64,000 bases of DNA from IMG/VR virus record IMGVR_UViG_3300011897_000001, positions 1 through 64,000 of that record; one strand, 5' to 3'. A program made the position numbers and the translations under genes. The notes under the pieces are model-generated. The model saw only the letters and a program-made list of their open reading frames with translations, was not told where the DNA came from and searched no databases. Positions 57,777-64,000 of this stretch are shown one piece after another (within the stretch, counting starts at the first letter, position 1; each line of letters begins with the position of its first letter). Source of the stretch: an uncultured virus (IMG/VR IMGVR_UViG_3300011897_000001). Lineage: Duplodnaviria > Heunggongvirae > Uroviricota > Caudoviricetes.

Positions 57777-58559
57777 TTACTTGAGTCGGTAGGTAGCTGA
57801 GACAACACCACCACGAGTAGAACCAGACTGGCTAAATGCTGCATTGAAGAATAGATTCTCTGACACTGCACCACCAACACCTACAGCAAGAGCTTGCTTA
57901 CCAGCGATTGTGGAGCCTGATACCGCAGCTTGTACACCGCAGTCTAGATCAGTACAGTAGGCGAATCCTGCCACAGCCAGAGCTACAGAAGCAGCCTCTT
58001 TAGCTTGCTTCACATCACTCTCCAGCGTATCTAGACGACTATCTGTACGGTTCTGATACTGAGCCATGTTAGAGGCTAGAGCATTGTGAGCATCGCCGTA
58101 GCTGTCAAGCTTGCTACCATATTCGTTCAGTGCATTGCTATGCTGATTGATTACAGTGGTGTTATTGCTAACACGTTCATCAGTAGATTTTAGGGCACTC
58201 TTGTCAGCCTTCACATTCTCAAGTCGTACAGTCTCTTTGGTATTCTTGTCTACTTGTTTGTTAGTAGTATCGATACGGGTATTGACTTGAGTGTTCACTT
58301 GGGTTACACGCTTGTCTACTGCTTGGACTTCTGAACGATCAGCTTTGTTAGCTTGGAGGTCTTTGATTTGACCATCGTGAATCTTAATTGCCACACTATT
58401 GCCGTGGGTATATTCGTTTAATCGAGTAGCTTCAGATTGTAGATCAGCTAGGGTTGCGTGACTCTTGTAAATGTTACCACGCCCTTCATAGATATTGTCA
58501 GTGGCAAATGCGTTGACGGATACGGCTAGAGCTAGGGTGGTTAGTAGTGCTGCTTTCAT
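57777..58559 (-). CDS. YadA-like trimeric autotransporter / outer-membrane anchor protein
   Basis: Signal peptide, Asn/Thr-rich coiled-coil stalk, C-terminal anchor (AASVALA...GKQALAVGVG...FNAAFS...VSATYRLK). Confidence 0.8.
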   Translation of the reverse strand: MKAALLTTLALAVSVNAFATDNIYEGRGNIYKSHATLADLQSEATRLNEYTHGNSVAIKIHDGQIKDLQANKADRSEVQAVDKRVTQVNTQVNTRIDTTNKQVDKNTKETVRLENVKADKSALKSTDERVSNNTTVINQHSNALNEYGSKLDSYGDAHNALASNMAQYQNRTDSRLDTLESDVKQAKEAASVALAVAGFAYCTDLDCGVQAAVSGSTIAGKQALAVGVGGAVSENLFFNAAFSQSGSTRGGVVSATYRLK

Positions 58560-58589
58560 TTTAGTTCTCCTAAAGGTTTGGTTGGTGTG

Positions 58590-59153
58590 TTAATCAATGC
58601 AGATCGGTTGTTTGATTGAAAAATCAGTTTCTATATTGGCTAGATTATATAGACCTGTTTTGAATAGATCATAACTAGTAAAAATCTTGCTTCTAATACT
58701 ACTAGCTCCACCAAGAAGAATAGGTGATGTAACTTGCTGGTCTTTGTGGGTATCAATCGGGCTACCAAAACAATCTGGAACACCAAAATATCGTGACAAG
58801 TTCAGAACATGCTCGTAATGAACATCAGGTTCTAGCCCAAACCCTTTAGCCCAAGATTCTAGAAAGAATACTTGTTTACCGTGTTGTTTAGCAAATTCTA
58901 CCTCTCGCAGTGTAGAATCTCCAACGTAGGCAAACGGGTTTAGAACAAGAATGGCTTCAGAGTTAGAGATTTTATCAAGATGTACTTGATCCAGGGTGAT
59001 CTTCTCTTCCTCGTTATACCAATCTTTACCGGCCTCTTTCTGGGAGGGATAGACGGACAAAGTATAAACTGTGTGGCCGTAGAGTGAAAGCATTTCATTC
59101 CAGAATTTGAAGTAATCTTCAAAACGAGCAGAACCGCATAGTGTAATTTTCAT
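58590..59153 (-). CDS. nucleoside-2-deoxyribosyltransferase-like Rossmann-fold protein
   Basis: ITLCGS.RF...HLDKI..SEAILVLN...YVGDST.REVEFA...GK.V. Confidence 0.65.
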   Translation of the reverse strand: MKITLCGSARFEDYFKFWNEMLSLYGHTVYTLSVYPSQKEAGKDWYNEEEKITLDQVHLDKISNSEAILVLNPFAYVGDSTLREVEFAKQHGKQVFFLESWAKGFGLEPDVHYEHVLNLSRYFGVPDCFGSPIDTHKDQQVTSPILLGGASSIRSKIFTSYDLFKTGLYNLANIETDFSIKQPICID

Positions 59154-59249
59154 TTATCTCTCCTTTGTATTTTTGGTTTAGACGATTGCTTGCTGTCTGA
59201 AGTGAATGATAGCAGACCCCGTAAAGGAGTCCACTACCGTTGGTCGGAC

Positions 59250-60260
59250 CTACTTGTCTAGAATGTGCATGAACTGTTTGTAGTCTACTTTGCCAGACAT
59301 ACCGCCGTGGGAGTATTCAACAACCTTCTTCTCAAAGAAGTTATCATGCTTGGCACCAGACAGAATCCACTCCATCCATTCAAGATTGTTTACTGGTACT
59401 TCGCTGTAGTCCATCAGGTCTAGCTGAAACAGTCGGAATGAGCAAAGGTAATCGATGTAGGATTTCATATCTTCAGCAGTCAAGCCTTCAGCGCCGCCCA
59501 TTTCAAACACAAGATCGATAAACTTATGTTCAGCCTTCTGATAGGACTTTACAAAGTTAACGATGATCTTATTTAGGACAGTGTTCTCAAGTTCACTTAA
59601 CTCCTTGCGAATCTCAAACAACACCTTGATGTTGTTATTGACATGCTCGGACTCATCTTTTAACGACCATTCGTTCACATCATTGAATCCAATTAGCAGA
59701 CCATGACGCTTCATGTTGAGCAACGTGGCAAAGGCAGCAAACAGGCCGATACCTTCACCGAGTAGAATCTGAGCAAGCTTAATGCCGGCCTGGAGTTTAA
59801 CAGAAGCACCTTCTGGTACCATATCTGAACTCATGACTTCTAGCTTCTCAACCATCTCAACGTAGTCATTAAATGCTCGCCAGTCTTTATCAGAGAAACC
59901 AAAGGTCTCTGCACATAGGGCATATGCACGTTGGTGAGTGATCTCACGCGATGCAAAACGAAGCAGCATGTTACGAACTTCATTATTACGAATCATCGGT
60001 AATAGGTCAGTATACCCTTCACCTACAGTCCGATCCATCTCAGTAAACAAGCACAAAGTGCGGTCAATGATGTTCTTATTCTGTTCATGACTTACATTAG
60101 AAGTCTTCAGACCATCTTTACTGAAATACTGCTGTACGTCATCTTGTAGATTGATCTGATGGCTTGACCAGTACATGTCAATATCATGACGTTGTTCAGC
60201 TTCAGCAGCCCAAGCATAGGTGAAAGGGCGGTAGGATTTACTCTCTTCAAAAATACTCAA
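59250..60260 (-). CDS. nrdB: ribonucleotide reductase class I beta subunit
   Basis: FTEMD, REITHQRAY (radical Tyr), EGIGLF, DESEH, NFFE. Confidence 0.93.
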   Translation of the reverse strand: MSIFEESKSYRPFTYAWAAEAEQRHDIDMYWSSHQINLQDDVQQYFSKDGLKTSNVSHEQNKNIIDRTLCLFTEMDRTVGEGYTDLLPMIRNNEVRNMLLRFASREITHQRAYALCAETFGFSDKDWRAFNDYVEMVEKLEVMSSDMVPEGASVKLQAGIKLAQILLGEGIGLFAAFATLLNMKRHGLLIGFNDVNEWSLKDESEHVNNNIKVLFEIRKELSELENTVLNKIIVNFVKSYQKAEHKFIDLVFEMGGAEGLTAEDMKSYIDYLCSFRLFQLDLMDYSEVPVNNLEWMEWILSGAKHDNFFEKKVVEYSHGGMSGKVDYKQFMHILDK

Positions 60261-60287
60261 TTCTATCTCCTTAGTAGAGTGAGGGGA

Positions 60288-62138
60288 TTAGCCCTCACAT
60301 GCACGACACTCAGCGTATTCAATTGTACGGCGAACAGGAACAGAGTTCAAGGGTTTTTCACCACCAGTGCCAACAGAAGCTTTCACAGCAGCTTTCGTCC
60401 GGCAGTAATACATACTCTTGACTCCTGACGCCCATGCTTTCATGTGGATACTTGTCATTTCATGCGCAGTAATATCATTTGGTACAAAGATGTTCAGGCT
60501 TTGAGATTGGCAGATGTAGGGTTGGCGCATAGCAGCGTGTTCGACAATCCACATCGGGTCAATCTCATAGGCAGTCTTAAACACCTTTTTCTCATCTTCA
60601 GTTAGGCAATCAAGATGTTGGACACTGCCGTCATTCTCAATCACAGACTTCCAAACCTGGGGAGTGTTAAAACCTTTTTCCTCTAGAAGCTTCTCAAGAT
60701 AGACGTTCTTGATTAGGAAGCTACCTGCACGACCTTGAGCATTGTAAGCCATACCAGCAGGAGGTTCAATACTAGGACTCGTGCCAACAAGGCTGGAGCT
60801 ACTAGCATTTGGTGCAATGGCGAACAAGTGGCTATTACGCATGCCGCTACCTTGCGTATCTGGAGCTTCACCACGTTCCTCTGCTAGTCGTTTACTTTCC
60901 TCAATTGCTTGCTTCTGTAGGTTTGAATAGATCAGTACGTTGTGTTGTGCAGCGCTGTTAAAACCACCAGACTCAAAAGGAATCATCTTGCTATGAAGGT
61001 AAGAAGCAAACCCAAGAGTCCCAAGACCTAATGCCCGTTCTTTACTTGCTGAATACACAGCCTTGTAAAGCTCTGGTGGAGCTAGACGAATAAAATACTC
61101 TAGCACATTATCTAGCAGTCGGATAAGGTCTGCAACCAAACCTGAATCTTTCCACTCGTCATACTTCTCCAAGTTAAGACTGCTTAGGCAACAAACAGCA
61201 GTACGCTTCTCAGATGTCATCAGTGTAATTTCACTACACAGGTTAGACTGACTCACCTCGTAAAGTGGACGCTTGATCCACTTAGGAATATTACGATTCA
61301 CGGTATCCCGGAATAACAGATAGGGCTCACCAGTATCCTTCCGTAACTCCATAATCTCTTCCCAGACTTCACGAGCATCTAGGAATCGACCAGTAGGGCC
61401 ATGCTTGGGGTCGATCAGTTCATACTCTTCACCTTTAATCACAGCATGCATAAATGAATCGGGGATGTTCACTGCGTTGTTAAGGTTAAAGCATTTCTTG
61501 TTTGGATCGCCACCCACAGGATTACGCATTTCAATAAAGTTCTTAATCTCAGGGTGATCAATGTCTAGATAACCTGCGATTGAACCACGCCGCGACTTAG
61601 TTTGTTTGTATGCTAGCGTATCAGCATCATATCCAGCAGCATGGGCCATAACGCCTGTAGATTTCTCATCAGGAGCACGGTTAGCAAACCAAACCCCAAC
61701 ACCACCACCCATCATAGAAAGCCACTCAGACTCACTACGAGCCTCTACAAGACCTCTCTTACTATCAGGTACTTTAACTAGAAAGCAAGAGATTGGCATA
61801 CCATCTGCCACAACATTCTCTTCTAGCCACTCGCCTGCTTCTTCAAATTGATCTTTCTCAAAGTTAGGCCAATTAACATCTACAGCGTTGCTCAGCACAG
61901 GACTTGCGAAAGTAAACCACTGCTTACTAGCTGCATCATAAATACGTTGAGCAAAGTCATAATCACCAAAGCTGTAGCAAGTAGATGCACGAGCAAAGCT
62001 TTCTTGTGGACTATTCTCATAATCTTTCTTGTAAAAACCCTTACGGGTCAGCATCGCTTTGCCTTGCTCCGGCAGGTTATTATCCCGACTATAGTCAATG
62101 ACAATACCAAGGTACTCTAGAACTTTATCCTCTTCCAC
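60288..62138 (-). CDS. nrdA: ribonucleotide reductase class I alpha subunit (no ATP-cone evident)
   Basis: PISCF, SNLCSEI, VCCLSSLN, APNASSS, KSMYY, C-terminal CRACEG. Confidence 0.95.
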   Translation of the reverse strand: MEEDKVLEYLGIVIDYSRDNNLPEQGKAMLTRKGFYKKDYENSPQESFARASTCYSFGDYDFAQRIYDAASKQWFTFASPVLSNAVDVNWPNFEKDQFEEAGEWLEENVVADGMPISCFLVKVPDSKRGLVEARSESEWLSMMGGGVGVWFANRAPDEKSTGVMAHAAGYDADTLAYKQTKSRRGSIAGYLDIDHPEIKNFIEMRNPVGGDPNKKCFNLNNAVNIPDSFMHAVIKGEEYELIDPKHGPTGRFLDAREVWEEIMELRKDTGEPYLLFRDTVNRNIPKWIKRPLYEVSQSNLCSEITLMTSEKRTAVCCLSSLNLEKYDEWKDSGLVADLIRLLDNVLEYFIRLAPPELYKAVYSASKERALGLGTLGFASYLHSKMIPFESGGFNSAAQHNVLIYSNLQKQAIEESKRLAEERGEAPDTQGSGMRNSHLFAIAPNASSSSLVGTSPSIEPPAGMAYNAQGRAGSFLIKNVYLEKLLEEKGFNTPQVWKSVIENDGSVQHLDCLTEDEKKVFKTAYEIDPMWIVEHAAMRQPYICQSQSLNIFVPNDITAHEMTSIHMKAWASGVKSMYYCRTKAAVKASVGTGGEKPLNSVPVRRTIEYAECRACEG

Positions 62139-62600
62139 TTAACCCTCCTTGCTCAATTGTTTACTAACTTTCCGAGCCTCACTATGAGCAGCCCGTTCTA
62201 GCATATCTTCTGTACTCTTATCACAGCTTGTTCGACTATGAGCCTTTAGTTCCGCTCTAAGACTTGCATCCCTACAACCTGCAATCACTGCATTCAAACT
62301 TGCACAACCACTTCGAAGCCATGCCTCACAGCATCGTTCATATCCTTCAATACGACTACACAGTACAACTTGATTACGCAGATTACGATGCTGTACAGGC
62401 TCACTGACTTCAATATTCTGTGGCATCATACCATTCTCAAACAGAGTCTTTAGTACAAACTCTTTCTCTTTGCCAGCAGGCCAATGTACAGGATTTCGTG
62501 GAAGGCTGTCAAACACTTCTTTAAAATTATCGATCAAGTATAGATCACTTAGACTCAGATGATAGGGTACGCCACTGTTTTCTTTATCATAGTCAACCAA
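62139..62600 (-). CDS. hypothetical protein
   Basis: Abuts nrdA; packed. Confidence 0.55.
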   Translation of the reverse strand: MVDYDKENSGVPYHLSLSDLYLIDNFKEVFDSLPRNPVHWPAGKEKEFVLKTLFENGMMPQNIEVSEPVQHRNLRNQVVLCSRIEGYERCCEAWLRSGCASLNAVIAGCRDASLRAELKAHSRTSCDKSTEDMLERAAHSEARKVSKQLSKEG

Positions 62601-62605
62601 TTTAC

Positions 62606-63268
62606 TTACTCCTTAATAAAACCATAGTATTTTAACTCTGCTTCTTCTCGCGCTTTGACAGCTTCTTCAAAGGTGTCGTAATACCCTAGTATGATTTGTT
62701 TATATTTAACACAAATCTCAGCAGCCCACCTGGTATCTTTGTAAAGTCTTACTCCTGTCCTACCTGAACTGTTTGTCTTTCGTTTACGCTGATTGAATGT
62801 TTGTAAACTGCGGTCATCAGTCCAAATACAATTCTCTTTGCAATAGTCTCCGTTGGAATCAATCCTTTCAATAGTATGCTGTGGTGTGGGTCTAGGTCCC
62901 ATATCCTTGTAGAATTCCATAAAGTCTAGGCTCCAAGATTCTTGTACTTTTATACCCCTTCCTCCGTAATTGTCATACCCGCCCGATGATGGAGTCTCAC
63001 ACCTGTTTTTAAGGCCGTGCCAAACCATATATTCTGGTGAGTAGGACATGTTGTGACCACCAGCGCCTATGCATCCACAACTGCGTGTATGTCCAGTCTT
63101 TAGATTACTACCAGATACAGTTAACTCGTTGCCACACTCGCAAACGCATTTCCACAAATATTTTCCTGCTTTACTTTTACCAGCCAGACCAATTACAGAA
63201 AGCCTTTCGTACTTATTCCCAGTAATATCTTTAAGATGTCCCATTAGGTTCCCTCCAAAATAATGCAT
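62606..63268 (-). CDS. HNH/AP2-type homing endonuclease-like protein (likely start MGHLKD)
   Basis: WKCVCECGN, YGGRGI, TIERIDSNGDYCKENCIW, AP2-like C-terminus; paralog of 9977. Confidence 0.8.
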   Translation of the reverse strand: MHYFGGNLMGHLKDITGNKYERLSVIGLAGKSKAGKYLWKCVCECGNELTVSGSNLKTGHTRSCGCIGAGGHNMSYSPEYMVWHGLKNRCETPSSGGYDNYGGRGIKVQESWSLDFMEFYKDMGPRPTPQHTIERIDSNGDYCKENCIWTDDRSLQTFNQRKRKTNSSGRTGVRLYKDTRWAAEICVKYKQIILGYYDTFEEAVKAREEAELKYYGFIKE

Positions 63269-63440
63269 ATGCTTTCTTAACAGGTAAGCCTAGCTCGTAA
63301 TAAGCAATAAACTCACTAAGATTTTCAAGTACTCTAAGGTTTGCTTCTCTCTTTTTTAAACCCTCTCTCACCGCAATCAGTTCAGCAAGCTCAGCCACCC
63401 ACCATTCGATGCCAACCTCTTCATTCTGAACAAACGCCAT
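63231..63440 (-). CDS. hypothetical protein
   Basis: AGGAG RBS; packed. Confidence 0.5.
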   Translation of the reverse strand: MAFVQNEEVGIEWWVAELAELIAVREGLKKREANLRVLENLSEFIAYYELGLPVKKAYALFWREPNGTS

Positions 63441-63442
63441 CT

Positions 63443-64000
63443 TTATTCTCCTTTCTTTAGTGCTGCCCAGGCTTTAGGGAATAGAGGTTCAATCACCTCT
63501 TCAAGCTTCTTAGCAAATACTTGCGCTTCTTTCTGTGAACCTTCACCACTCCTTAGACGGTATACGTGATAGAACGCTTGTAGGCTACCAGTCCATACCC
63601 AATCTGTCAACATGGATTGTGGGTACATCATCCGAATCATCTCAGGGGCGATTTCTGACTTAGAGAAAGCATCTGCATATTTCATCACTTCTTTGATAAG
63701 TTGTTGATAATGGTATTTAAGAGCTTCACTGTCGGGACTAACCTCACCGCTACCCTGCTTAATGCCCTCCTTTGGACGGCTACGCCATTCTTCAGGCTCA
63801 AAGAATTCAACATCTGTATCTACATAGCGACGACTGATTTCATTCCAGCTAAGCCCAACCTGATGTTTCATTAGCTGACGTGCGAGGAAGATTGGAGCTT
63901 TACAACGAATCTGAATACTGTTGTGACGGAATGGGCTGGTGTGTTCATGCTCTGCCAGATAGTTAATCAATCGCTCATCTTTGCTGTCGAACTCCTCTTT
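63443..64000 (-). CDS. thyX: flavin-dependent thymidylate synthase (5' end lies beyond the window)
   Basis: HTSPF, ARQLMKH, NEISRRY; frame stays open to the window edge (KEEFDSKDERLINYL). Confidence 0.92.
   Translation of the reverse strand, partial: KEEFDSKDERLINYLAEHEHTSPFRHNSIQIRCKAPIFLARQLMKHQVGLSWNEISRRYVDTDVEFFEPEEWRSRPKEGIKQGSGEVSPDSEALKYHYQQLIKEVMKYADAFSKSEIAPEMIRMMYPQSMLTDWVWTGSLQAFYHVYRLRSGEGSQKEAQVFAKKLEEVIEPLFPKAWAALKKGE

Noticed and set aside
59250..62138. Introns/inteins or atypical metal ligands in nrdA/nrdB
   Set aside because: Both ORFs are continuous and of normal size; the beta subunit has standard carboxylate/His ligands and the radical Tyr
1..64000. Integrase, repressor or alternative genetic code
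   Set aside because: No lysogeny genes recognised; core genes are full length under the standard code

Overview
This is a 64-kb segment of a lytic, contractile-tailed dsDNA phage (myovirus) with a Gram-negative host (spanins, GH19 endolysin). Its gene order is reminiscent of Felix-O1/PAK_P1-type phages; that placement is inference. Layout: (i) 1-960, a mostly non-coding region with one promoter/small-ORF/terminator unit. (ii) 996-16045 (- strand), many small ORFs plus dCMP deaminase, a ClpP-like protease, PhoH and HNH genes. (iii) 16.1-27.9 kb (+), an accessory block between the small and large terminase genes: SGNH esterase, fibre-like repeat proteins, DUF1328, two glycosyltransferases and structured non-coding stretches. 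(iv) 27.9-53.2 kb (+), complete head, neck, tail, baseplate and lysis modules. (v) 53.3-64 kb (-), accessory and nucleotide-metabolism genes (YadA-like protein, nrdB, nrdA, thyX). The standout observation is at 54245-55724 (- strand): a stand-alone RAMP/Cas7-like gene preceded by two separately promoted non-coding units built of phased 5-nt GGY-NN repeats. This is a candidate non-CRISPR RNA-guided system. Also notable: an antisense consensus promoter driving an ORF-free structured region inside the baseplate operon, a -1 frameshift site in the tail chaperone, and a duplicated spanin-like pair. All calls are from motif reading by eye; no database searches were run.
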